Source: Macrostomum lignano
Taxonomy: Eukaryota
Assembly: GCA_002269645.1 (NCBI GenBank)
Contig: NIVC01003323.1
Span: forward strand, 1 to 64,000
Length of the DNA: 64,000 nt
Direction of reading: 5' to 3'
Shown: piece after piece, positions 36,031-48,600 of the stretch
Layout of the letters: each line of letters begins with the position of its first letter
How positions within the stretch are numbered: the first letter of the stretch is position 1
Translations under genes and position numbers: made by a program
The notes under the pieces: model-generated
Told to the model about the DNA's origin: nothing
What the model saw: the letters and a program-made list of their open reading frames with translations, nothing else
Database searches by the model: none

Positions 36031-37000
36031 TCCTTCTCTTCTCTGCTGCTATGGTCTCCCTTCTCCATCTTGATAATCCTTTGATATCTCATCTTATCAA
36101 TAACACAGTGGCCATTTCTGAAACTTCTGCAAAGCACAGCATGCGAGAGTCACGTGGTACTGACCACGTGACTGGCCAACCCAAATTTGGTAAGGTCAGA
36201 AGTGTTTCTAAAAACAGTCCATCTATGCAGTGGCAATAAAGTAATAAATTTATTCTCCTCCGTGATAATAAAATAACTGACATGGAGCCGACCCAGCTCG
36301 AACAAATTCAATAAGTTGATCGATCTTTGGGACTTGGGTATAGCTCTAGGCCTCCTAGCTACTAAGCTACCGAGACTGTCGGGGGTTTCAAAAATCCATC
36401 CGTTCAGTTGCTATGGCGAAGCTATTAGTCACACTAATAGCCAAAGTTAATTACAACCGGACATTGCCACGGGAGACGAACAGGCAGAGGCAGATCGCCT
36501 TCGCGTTAGAAAAAGTTGAACGCTAAAAACAACCTGATCCCAACACCCGGGTTTATGGCTAGCAATTTTCTCAGCGAGTCCCCGCTGCACTACCGGATGG
36601 ATTCGAGGAAGAGAAATTGGCATTCTCAAATACGCTTGTAATTTGTGAGGCTGTGGCCAAGGCTCCAAGGACCGAACAGAACCCGCCTATTCAACCCCCG
36701 CCTTCCTAATGACATGGAGAACTTTTTTCGGGTTCGAGTCCGAGGGTTTAAAAATATATATCCATGCGGGCTGCCTCCCTCCCACGCAGCCGGGGCCTCG
36801 GATACCAGGGGGGGGGGGGTGGAGCCAAGCCAAGGTGGGAACTGAACTGAGGGAACATTCCAGTTGGCGGAGAACGATTTTGATATCGAGAGTTCGTTCA
36901 ATGTGGATCAATGAATCAATATGGGATGGGGCAAGGACCTCTGCAAACTTGGAGGTGACACTCCCTCAAGATTGCAAAGAATTTAAGTAACTGAGAAAAA

Positions 37001-37459
<459 letters not shown>

Positions 37460-38291
37460 TGAATTCACTTAAAGGAGCTATTTTTAAAACAAAATAAGCA
37501 GTAAAAAGGAAATCCAGCCACGCTTAAAAATAAGCCGTCTGCATCAAAACGAGACCAAAATTTGTCAAAATCGGTTCTTTCTGTTCCAAAAATATCGAGA
37601 GTTTCGTGCAGACAGTGAGGTTTTTGGAAGGAGTCCCTGTCATGACTGCAGCGGTCCTTGGCTGAGGGGTGAGACGTCGTGTCCGATCTGTAGCCGTGGG
37701 AAAATATTGCCGAGCCTGAGCAGAGCACAATGGCAGATTTATGCCCCCCGCTGAGCATTGGGCAATTAAACTTTACTCTCCGCAGTTTTGGAAAGCTGCT
37801 GCGGCACGGGCAGTATTTGCACGGGAATATTTTCCCAATGGGATAAATTCCCAAGAAGACATGGTATATACTATTTAAAAACTTTGAGTACAAGGGAATT
37901 AAACAGCGATTCAAAGGTGTTGTAAAAGCATTCATTCGCGTGCCCCTGACTCAGTTCAGAAAGCCAGTGTAGATCGAGAGAGCGCCCTTGCTAAGTCCCG
38001 TATTCTCACATTTTTGCATTGGAGGCCCAGGGAATTAGGGGGGGAGGCTTAGCGCCAAGCCGAGCCACGGGGAATGCACGCTGCTGTTGCTTTGAGTCTT
38101 CAACTTTAAGTCGCGCGACTGAAAAGCGCAGCCTGAGTGGATAACAAAAGGATTTAGATATTGAAAAATGGGATTACTTGTCCGGATGCGAAATCCGCCT
38201 CAGTCTTGCTGGTCACAGGCCGGAGCCACAGCACCCAGAGCAATGGCATTGTGAGTGACACATACTTTGTTACAATAAGACTCGCCGCCCG

Positions 38292-39164
38292 AGCATACAT
38301 TTTAGCGCCAATTTAGCGCCGGCAGACTAGATGTTAGCGCCAATTTGGCTCCGTCAGGCAGAGATTTTAGTGCTAATTTATCTGATAGCGCCTGCAAAAA
38401 AGATTTTAGCGCCGGCAGACAAGATGCTAGCGCCAATTTAGCGCCGGTGGACAATATTGTAGCGCTAATTTAGCGCCGTCAGACAAGATTGTAGCGCTAA
38501 TTTAGCGCCGTCAGACAAGATTGTAGCGCTAATTTAGCACCGTCAGACAATATTGTAGCGCTAATTTAGCACCGGCAGACAAGATTGTAGCGCTAATTTA
38601 GCGCCGTCAGACAAGATTGTAGCGCTAATTTAGCGCCGTCAGACAATATTGTAGCGCTAATTTAGCGCCGGCAGACAAGTTTGTAGTTTTCAAAGTGATT
38701 TTCCCGTTTCCCTTTCTGTACGGACTATTGTGCATGTAAAATTAAGATTCCAAACTTTAATGATTGTCCTTGGCTACTCTTCCGAATCATACTTTAAAAA
38801 TTGACCAAAAAATCTGTTTTGGATTTTTAGCATTTTTATCAACTCGATCTCATTTAAAAGCGGAATCAAATCTTCTGCTTTAATATATAGAAGTTTCGAA
38901 GTTTCGAGAACATTTTAAAACTTTACACATCAACCAGCGAATAGTTTTGGAGCAGGAGGGGGTAGAGGGGTCAACCGCGCTAAATTGGCGCTAAAATCTG
39001 GCCTACCGGCGCTAAATTGGCGCTAAAATCTGGCCTACCGGCGCTAAATTGGCGCTAAAATCTGGCCTACCGGCGCTAAATTGGCGCTAAAATCTGGCCT
39101 ACCGGCGCTAAATTGGCGCTAAAATCTGGCCTACCGGCGCTAAATTGGCGCTATAAATCTATCT
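38292..39164. mobile_element. Foldback-type element: two inverted arrays of a 32-bp unit around an AT-rich spacer
   Basis: Left unit CGGCAGACAAGATTGTAGCGCTAATTTAGCGC; the right array reverse-complements to CGGTAGGCCAGATTTTAGCGCCAATTTAGCGC; no TSD seen. Confidence 0.6.
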
Positions 39165-39794
39165 CACAAGCCATTGCCAAAGCTGGCTCAGCAGTCCATC
39201 CAGCTTGAAAAAGACGAGATTTTCATTCACAGTGTCCAATGGCCCCTGAGCCACGCTCCAACACGATTCAACATGTGGCCATGTGACAATAACACACATT
39301 ATTAGCGAGGGCCCCGGCAAGAACGGGTTTGGCTGGGGTTGCGGCTTGAAAAAGGAAAGATCCTTCCGAAAAGACAGATAGCGATCTGCGAAATAAAATC
39401 TTTCCACCCTTGGATGACGCGAAACTTATTCAAACTTTTCGCAACAATACAATAAAATGCTTGCTTGTGCGCGATTTCATATTTTTGTGGGAACTTTTTC
39501 TACTTGGGGATAAAAAGTGTTTTCAAGCTTTCGGAAAGCTCTGCATGGACTGCGCGTGTTTACCGCGACTGGCGGGGTAAAATGCAGTGCATCAAAACAA
39601 ATCCTATAGCCTAAGAACTGAAGTTTATAATGTTTAAGGACATTGAGCAAAGGACAGTGTGGGAGGCAAAATAAAATGCGAAAAACAACCGTCTGGTTTT
39701 GTCTTGGGTTTGTTGCTAACCTCCCCAGCTGCCCCCTAAGCCTCCGTATGGCTTGTCTCGCCCCTCTCACCACACCCCTCCGATCTCCCTCTAA

Positions 39795-40430
39795 TGCTCT
39801 ACACTCTCCCATTTACTTCTCCCATCTCACTCTCCTCTCTTCCTCCTCTCTCCCTCTCCTCTCTCCCATCTCCTCTCTCCAATTTCTTCTCTCCCATCTC
39901 CTCTCTCCCATCTCCTCTCTCCCTCTCCTCTCTCCTCTCTCTTCTCTCCCTCTCCTCTCCCTTTCATCTCTCTCCCTCTCCTATCTCTCCTCTCTCCAAT
40001 CTCCAATCTCCCTCTCCTCTCTGCCTCTCCTCTCTCCAATCTCCCTCTCCTTTCTCCAATCTCCCTCTCCTCTCTCCCATCTCCTCTCTCCCTCTCCTCT
40101 CTCCTCTCTCTTCTCTCCCTCTCCTCTCCCTTTCATCTCTCTCCCTCTCCTATCTCTCCTCTCTCCAATCTCCAATCTCAATCTCCAATCTCCCTCTCCT
40201 CTCTGCCTCTCCTCTCTCCAATCTCCCTCTCCTTTCTCCAATCTCCCTCTCCTCTCTCCAATCTCCCTCTCTTCTCTCCAATCTCCCTCTCCTCTCTCCA
40301 ATCTCCCTCTCTTCTCTCCAATCTCCCTCTCTTCTCTCCAATCTCCCTCTCTTCTCTCCAATCTCCCTCTCCTCTCTCCAATATCACCCTCTCCAACCTC
40401 CCTCTCTTCTCTCTGTCTCCTCTCTTCCTC
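39795..40430. repeat. CT-rich polypyrimidine tract (CTCCAATCTCCCTCTCCTCT units)
   Basis: Direct reading. Confidence 0.9.
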
Positions 40431-41099
40431 TTGCTTACTTCTCTGTTTCTCTCAGCCGCAGCCGGTCAATATTTTTTAACCCATGCGAAAATGACCTCTC
40501 TGACTGAGCAGCTTCACTAGCACTGTTTGGGTCAGGGATTAATTCCCTTAAAAATCTTGCCTTAGAAGAGTGCACAGACTTGCCCCGGCATTTCGAAAAG
40601 TTGCGAATGACAACAAATAGCGAGTCGGGGGTAAACGGCCCCGGCAGCCAGCCACCGACCACCCCAGCCCCCAGCGGCGTGAGTAAGCACATCTTAGGGA
40701 TCGCCCCCTTCCTTGATAACGCAGATATCTTGGCGGCGGAAGAATCTTCCCACGGTTTTTAAAATAATTTTAGAAAAAAACTTCTATCAAGGCTGCAGAG
40801 CAAATAATGCAATGCAAGCATGGGGAATGGCAGCGCCACGAGTTTATAGCACTAATAATAATATTACACTGGACCAGCGAAATTCGTGGGAAAAACCGCT
40901 GGGCCTGCACGGCCGCACACGCGAATTGGAGCAAGCTGTCAGTGCAAAGAAGGCGTGCGGCAAATCAAAAAATTCGCAAAATGACGCAGTTAAGAATATC
41001 GGCGCGCGCCAGTAAACTGACGAACTCCACAGAAAATGGCGCGCGCCGAACACTACTTTGAAAGGGCGCGCTCTATATTTTGTATTTAAAATGGCGCCA

Positions 41100-41645
41100 A
41101 TCACAATCAGACATTCATAAAATTGTGCTAATCACAACAAGGGATACAACATGCCAACAATCACAACAAGTGACACAAAATACCAACAATCACAATAAGT
41201 GACACAAAATGCTAACAATCACAACAAGTGACACAACATGCCAACAATCACAAAAAGTGACACAACATGCCAACAATCACAAGTGACAAAAAATACCAAA
41301 AATGACAGGTGACCCAAAATACGAGTACCAACAATCACAACAAGAGACACAAAATGCCAGCAATCACAACAAGTGACACAAAATGCCAACAATCACAAAA
41401 AGTGACACAACATGCCAAAAATCACAACAAGTGACAAAAAATACCAAAAATGACAGGTGACCCAAAATACGAGTACCAACAATCACAACAAGAGACACAA
41501 AATGCCAGCAATCACAACAAGTGACACAAAATACCAACAATCACAACAAGAGACACAAAATGCCAGCAATCACAACAAGTGACACAAAATGCCAACAATC
41601 ACGACAAGTGACACAAAATGCCAACAATCACAACAAGTGACACAA
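41100..41645. repeat. About 29-bp minisatellite ACAATCACAACAAGTGACACAAAATGCCA
   Basis: About 18 degenerate copies. Confidence 0.9.
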
Positions 41646-42329
41646 ACTGGCGCATCACAAGCAAGTGTGGGACAGTGTTACTGTGTTATCCGCTGCTGTC
41701 AGAGACACATTAAAGAAGCTATGCTCATTATTTTTAAAATGTTTTAACGAATAGCAGCAAGTTAGGAACCTCTTCCACTTGATGGCGATTGAAGTGGCAA
41801 TTAAAAATATAGTAAAAAAGCAGACATAGCGACCAAGATGAGGGAGGCGAATAGCTCTCAATCAAAATCATGGGTCATTCTCAAGATTTTAAGGTTACTT
41901 TTTTTTCTAACGCCTACAAGAGTGGCCTCAGGGCTGGTGTCTGTCGCAAAACACACACAGATGTCCCTACAAAACAATTAGTTGGCAACAGTGAGGCGCA
42001 AGCTAGAGGGACACTTTCCTTTTTTATAGGAATAAAACTTTCTTCTGGCAGAAGGGAGGTTGCGGTGGCATGGAAGGAATAAATTGTAGATTAACAAATC
42101 TTTTCGATTGTTTCAATCGATTCTTTTTAAATTTCTTGTATTTTTTTTATCTGATTTTTTTATTTTTCAATCTACCAAAGCAAAATTACATGGAGTGACA
42201 GTCAATTTTTTCCATCTTGTCAAGAGAGAGATCTGTAAGGGTGAGAGTCTACTAAATTGGATTCCATGGGCTGAGTGTGTTTCAATATGTGAGATTTCTA
42301 TTTGAAAGGACGAGATTTTACTCTACAGA

Positions 42330-42770
42330 CGAGATTTGGGAGGGTGAGACTCTACAGGGAGAGATTCGATAGAATGAGACTCTACAGGGTGAGATTCGAT
42401 AGGATGAGACTCTACAGGGTGAGATTCGATAGAATGAGACTCTACAGGTGAGATTCCATAGAATGAGACTCTACAAGGTGAGATTAGATGGGACGAGATT
42501 CTACAGGGTGAGTTTCGATGGGATGAGACTCTACAGGGTGAGATTCGATGGGACGAGATTCTGCAGGGTGAGATTCGATAGGATGAGACTCTGCAGGGTG
42601 AGATTCGATAGGATGAGACTCTGCAAGGTGAGATTCGATGGGACGAGATTCTGCAGGGTTAGATTAGATAGGATGAGACTCTGCAGGGTGAGATTCGATA
42701 GGATGAGACGGATGAGACTGACGAGGGTGAGATCCTGTTATACAGTGAGATTTTACCGTACAGGGTGAGA
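42330..42770. repeat. 30-bp minisatellite GGTGAGATTCGATAGGATGAGACTCTACAG
   Basis: About 13 copies. Confidence 0.9.
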
Positions 42771-43154
42771 TTATTTTCCAGGCGAGATTCTGCAGGGTGG
42801 AGATGCAGTAAGCATTTGCAGCTGTGAAATTATGGAGTGCTAAGAATAAAACGAGCATAACAAACTACTGATTAAATTTTATTAGTAGAAATTAAAGTGT
42901 TATTTGAAACAAAGAGCTGAGTTTGAATATCTGGTGTATCAACTGTTGAACGCCTGTGCCTGTATGAGAAAGTTGAGAAAGATCTTGATTTAACCTTAAA
43001 AGTATTTGGTTGATCAGGAAAATTTGTTTAAAAGTCCGAACTACTGTCAGTAGAATGCACAGAAAATGTTGGTAAAAATTAAAACTGCTCATAAAAATCA
43101 TTTGTTATATTATTATAGGTGACGTTTGAAAAATCAGAGTCTTCAGGCTATGTG

Positions 43155-44015
43155 GTGAGAGTTCAGTTATATACTGAGTCAGTGAGGGTCCAGTTGCTGA
43201 GTCAGTGAGGGTCCAGTTGCTGAGTCAGTGAGGGTCCAGTTGCTGAGTCAGTGAGGGTCCAGTTGCTGAGTCAGTGAGGGTTCAGTTGCTGAGTCAGTGA
43301 GGGTTTTGTAGAGTCAGTGAGAGTTCAGTTGCTGAGTCAGTGAGAGTTTTGTAGAGTCAGTGAGAGTTCAGTTGCTGAGTCAGTGATAATTCAGTTGCTG
43401 AGTCAGTGAGAGTTCAGTTGCTGAGTCAGTGAGAGTTCAGTTGCTGAGTCAGTGAGGGTCCAGTTGCTGAGTCAGTGAGAATTTAGTTGTTGAGTCAGTG
43501 AGAGTTCAGTTGCTGAGTCAGTGAGAGTTCAGTTGCTGAGTCAGTGAGAATTCAGTTGCTGAGTCAGTGAGAGTTCAGTTGCTGAGTCAGTGAGAGTTCA
43601 GTTGCTGAGTCAGTGAGAATTCAGTTGCTGAGTCAGTGAGATTTCAGTTGCTGAGTCAGTGAGAGTTCAGTTGCTGAGTCAGTGAGGGTCCAGTTGCTGA
43701 GTCAGTGAGAATTTAGTTGTTGAGTCAGTGAGAATTCAGTTGCTGAGTCAGTGAGAGTTCAGTTGCTGAGTCAGTGAGAGTTCAGTTGCTGAGTCAGTGA
43801 GAGTTCAGTTGCTGAGTCAGTCAGGGTTTTGTAGAGTCAGTGAGAGTTCAGTTGCTGAGTCAGTGAGGGTTTTGTAGAGTCAGTGAGAGTTCAGTTGCTG
43901 AGTCAGTGAGAATTCAGTTGCTGAGTCAGTGAGAGTTCAGTTGCTGAGTCAGTGAGGGTTTAGTTGCTGAGTCTGAGGGTTTTGTAGAGTCAGTGACACT
44001 TCAGTTTCAGAGTCA
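43155..44015. repeat. 23-bp minisatellite GAGTCAGTGAGAGTTCAGTTGCT
   Basis: About 36 copies; most junctions create TGAGTCA. Confidence 0.93.
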
Positions 44016-44579
44016 GGTATGTATTGGATCGCACATTTCAGACCATATCGTACGGATATGCTATTAGCATATACAAGTGTACTGAAATTGTAAGCACGTA
44101 TCTATCAGCTACGATACTTTGCAGTACATGTATTTTTATCGAGTCTGTGTAACGAGGAAACCGATATGAATTAGGAAAACTCATTAAAGACATTGATGAA
44201 TAGTAGTCTATCACAATAAGGTGAGTAATTAAAGCAGATTTTATGTGTTAACAGAAAATGAAAGCCTTTTATTTTACAATTTACATGTACAAGACAGACA
44301 CGTCCGCAGTGTTACAAGTCAATACAAGGACAGTAGGGAAGCAGTTAAGACAACAAGCATTGAAACATTCACAGAAAATTGATACGAGAAAACTGTCTAT
44401 AAAGCTATTATAATAAATTCAGATAATAAATTATGATAAAATTTAACATTAAAACAGACAATATAAAGCTAATTTTACTTGAATATTTCTCTGCACTTTA
44501 ATATTGAGATTGGAGAGATATTAACAAAATACTATGCATAGAGGAAATAATAAAATAACTTTTTTTGAGTACAGACAAG

Positions 44580-45165
44580 CCTTCTCATCATCATCACCTC
44601 CATCATCATCATCATCACCGTCATCATAATCATCATCATGAGTACAGACTAGCACTCTTATCATCATCATCATGACCATTATCATCATCACCATCACCGT
44701 CATCATCATCATCGTCATCATAATCATCATAATCATAATTACCATCATCACCAGATTCGAATACAGACCAGCATTCTTATCAACATCATAATCACCACCA
44801 TCATCACCATCACCCCCATCGTCATCACCATCATCATCATCATCACCATCATCATCAGCATCACCACCATCATCATCAGCATCATCAGCATCACCACCAT
44901 CATCATCAGCATCACCACCATCATCATCATCATCACCATCACCACCATCATCACCATCATCATCAGCATCACCACCATCATCATCAGCATCATCATCACC
45001 ATCATCAGCATCATCATCATCACTATCACCATCATCACCACCATCATCATCAGCATCATCATCACCATCAACATCACCATAATCATCATCAGCATCATCC
45101 TCACCATCACCATAATCATCATCATCATCATCATCAGTATCATCCTCACCATCACCATCACCATC

Positions 45166-45196
<31 letters not shown>

Positions 45197-45205
45197 GCAT
45201 CATCA
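44580..45205. repeat. (CAT/CAC/CAG)n trinucleotide repeat
   Basis: Immediately downstream of the JKAMP stop; produces spurious poly-M or poly-H ORFs. Confidence 0.93.
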
Positions 45206-45270
45206 GAGTCGAGCAGACCGGCATTCTCATCACATTAAACGAACAGGTAAACAAAGTACAAACAGCCAGT

Positions 45271-45796
45271 TCAGCCGCCCCTCAGTTCGGCATTCTCCTC
45301 GTAATCCCCTGCCATATAGGCGGCATCCGGGTGGCTGAACCGCAGAGTGGCCACGAACAGCAGGTAGGGCAGCGGCACAGCGGCCACCACCCAGCGCGCA
45401 CCGCTAGCCTCGTCTGCCGGCTTAGCCGCTACAATGGAGAACACGGCCACGCCTAGGAAAAGCCAGTGCACCAGCAGCAGCAGCACTGTTAGCGGTTTCA
45501 ATAGAGTATTGCAGAGCATCCATTTAGCCGAGGTCTGCGCCGCAGGCTGTTCGGGATCAATTTGGCACAGCAGGAACACGGCGTGGGATAGCAGAGTGCA
45601 CAGCAACAGCAGATAGGGGAAGGCGAAGTACAGCAGGCCACCAGAGATTGAGTGCAGCAGGGCCAGCAGAGGGTAAAGGAACATTGGCGCGTACAGGACG
45701 TATCTGCGACTGCCACCCAGTAGGCGGTAGGCCACGGGCCGCATCAGCAGCAGGAACAGGACACAGAAGGCATAGTATGTGAGCACTATGGAGTAG
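45271..45796 (-). CDS. JKAMP: JNK1/MAPK8-associated membrane protein, exon 2
   Basis: Acceptor TTTCAG at 45802-45797; YSIVLTYYAFC..LLLMRP...GGLLYFAFPY matches JKAMP; phase 2 matches exon 1. Confidence 0.95.
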
Positions 45797-45889
45797 CTGA
45801 AATTTAGCGGCATGTATTCATAAAATTTCACAGGCAAATCAGAGTGACGGACAGACACGAAAAACTGATTTGTTATAGTGTATTAAGCG

Positions 45890-47290
45890 TAGGGAGAAGA
45901 GCAGATCAGGGGTAAAGAAAGAGCAGATCGAGGGTAGAGAAATAGCAGATCGGGGGTAGAGAAAGAGCAGATGGGGGTAGAGAAAGAGCAGATCAGGGGT
46001 AGAGAAAGAGCAGATGGGGGTAGAGAAATAGCAGATGGGGGGTAGAGAAATAGCAGATGGGGGTAGAGAAAGAGCAGATGGGGGGTAGAGAAATAGCAGA
46101 TCAGGGGTAGAGAAAGAGCAGATGGGGGTAGAGAAATAGCAGATCAGGGGTAGAGAAAGAGCAGATGGGGGTAGAGAAATAGCAGATCGGGGGTAGAGAA
46201 AGAGCAGATGGGGGTAGAGAAATAGCAGATGGGGTAGAGAAAGAGCAGATGGGGGTAGAGAAATAGCAGATCAGGGGTAGAGAAATAGCAGATGGGGGGT
46301 AGAGAAATAGCAGATGGGGGGTAGAGAAATAGCAGATCGGGGGTAGAGAAAGAGCAGATGGGGGTAGAGAAATAGCAGATCAGGGGTAGAGAAATAGCAG
46401 ATGGGGGGTAGAGAAATAGCAGATCGGGGGTAGAGAAAGAGCAGATGGGGGTAGAGAAATAGCAGATCAGGGGTAGAGAAATAGCAGATGGGGGGTAGAG
46501 AAATAGCAGATGGGGGGTAGAGAAATAGCAGATGGGGGTAGAGAAAGAGCAGATGGGGGGTAGAGAAATAGCAGATGGGGGTAGAGAAAGAGCAGATGGG
46601 GGGTAGAGAAATAGCAGATCAGGGGTAGAGAAAGAGCAGATGGGGGTAGAGAAATAGCAGATCGGGGGTAGAGAAAGAGCAGATGGGGGTAGAGAAAGAG
46701 CAGATGGGGGTAGAGAAAGAGCAGATGGGGGTAGAGAAATAGCAGATCGGGGGTAAAGAAATAGTAGATGGGGGGTAAAAAAAGAGCAGATGGGGGTAGA
46801 GAAAGAGCAGATGGGGGTAGAAAAAGAGCAGATGGGGGTAGAGAAAGAGCAGATGGGGGTAGAGAAAGAGCAGATCGGGGGTAGAGAAATAGCAGATCGG
46901 GGGTAAAGAAATAGTAGATGGGGGGTAAAGAAAGAGCAGATGGGGGTAGAGAAAGAGCAGATGGGGGTAGAAAAAGAGCAGATGGGGGTAGAGAAAGAGC
47001 AGATGGGGGGTAGAGAAATAGCAGATCGGGGGGTAAAGAAATAGTAGATGGGGGGTAAAGAAAGAGCAGATGGGGGTAGAGAAAGAGCAGATGGGGTAGA
47101 GAAAGAGCAGATCGGGGGTAAAGAAAGAGCAGATGGGGGTAGAGAAAGAGCAGATGGGGAGTAGAGAAAGAGCAGATCGGGGGTAGAGAAATAGCAGATG
47201 GGGGTAGAGAAAGAGCAGATGGGGGTAGAGAAAGAGCAGATGGGGAGTAGAGAAAGAGCAGATGGGGAGTAGAAAAGAGCAGATGGGGGT
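45890..47290. repeat. 21-23 bp intronic minisatellite AGAGAAA(G/T)AGCAGAT(C)GGGGGT
   Basis: About 62 copies filling most of the 1514-bp JKAMP intron. Confidence 0.95.
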
Positions 47291-47310
47291 ATTAGTAGCC
47301 AGCTACTCAC

Positions 47311-47762
47311 AGCGGATAGACGACCTCGTGAGCGCAGGAGGCGGCCTCAAAAGCTGGCCGGTCTGTGGCGGCCCCCTGGTCGGGATTGAAGAACACGGGA
47401 TACCAGTCTGACAGGTTGTTGACGCCGCAGACGGTGAGATAAGGTGAACCGCGCGGCGGGAACACCAACACGGAGGCCAGGGCGGCGAGTACGGACTCCA
47501 GAGCGCACAGGCCGGCTAGGAGAAGCAGTCGCTTGTGACCGCGAGACCTACTGAGGAAGATCATGTTGCACAGAACGGGTATGAGAGCCATGAAGCCCAG
47601 GTATAGCCACATATAGGCCGAGGCGGGCTGATCGCATGGCCGGCAGAAGCCTTGGTCAGAGCGGTGTCCAGCCGGACAGGGACCGCAACTGGACCAGCCG
47701 TTGCTGGAGTTCAGGCGAGCGCAGTATGCACCCGGGCATGGCTGCAGACTTAATGCCGACAT
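47311..47762 (-). CDS. JKAMP: JNK1/MAPK8-associated membrane protein, exon 1
   Basis: CPGAYC...CGPCPAG...WLYLGFMA...LSDWY...NP...CAHEVVYPL matches JKAMP; donor GTGAGT at 47310; spliced product about 325 aa. Confidence 0.95.
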
Positions 47763-48299
47763 GAGTCACTTGACTAGCACATGAATTGGCACCAATTTAA
47801 AAATACTTGAGATTTGCTGCACTTTTGAAGTACCATTGAATCACCTTGCCAGTAATTATTAATTAGATTAGAAAACATTATTTTCATACTATTGAAAAGA
47901 AAAACTATAAATTTAAAGGATTGATTTGTTTAACATTAACATTAATAGGTTTGTTAATAGGTTTCTATAAGTGTGATTTGACCCAATTATTGATTTGAAA
48001 TTAGTTGATTTATGATTTCAAAAATATAATAAAAATAAATAGTATTCCTTTGCAGTTGTGGTAAACTTAGGAAAAAAATTATATAATACTATGGCAAACC
48101 CTATAGGAAAAAGTTGTAAAACCGGGGACATCCAGTGCACTTTTGAAATTTTTCTAAAGCACAGTGCGCGCACAGGCACGCAGCTCCTACGCATGCGTGC
48201 TGCCCCTTCCTGCTGGCTGCTGCTTCAGCAAACAAACATACATGGAAGGGGCCTAATACCTCTGTGGAAAAGGCCTATACACTTGTCATTTATAATGCT

Positions 48300-48600
48300 T
48301 AGAGAGGTTCCAAGATTTTGATTTTGATTTTTCTAATTTGGAATTTTACGAGTGAATTACACTTTTGAAAAAAATGTGAAAGTCAAAATTTTGTTAAGTG
48401 TCTAAAAGTGGCTAAAAATAAAATAATTTCTGCTACATATACATGCATTTTTTGCAGTAAATCAAAAGTAAAAAAATGAGTTTCAGTCATACTAAACAAC
48501 TTAGTTTTTCTAAAATTTGATTTCAGAAAATTTCAATTTTGATTTTGGAAAGTTATCCAATTTTGATTTTGACAGAAATTGCTCCTTTGGAACATCTCTA
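48300..48600. mobile_element. hAT-type MITE (301 bp)
   Basis: TIR TAGAGAGGTTCCAA / TTGGAACATCTCTA (13/14); perfect 8-bp TSD ATAATGCT at 48292-48299 and 48601-48608. Confidence 0.88.

Noticed and set aside
44748-45254. Poly-Met/poly-His ORF
   Set aside because: (CAT)n microsatellite downstream of the JKAMP stop.
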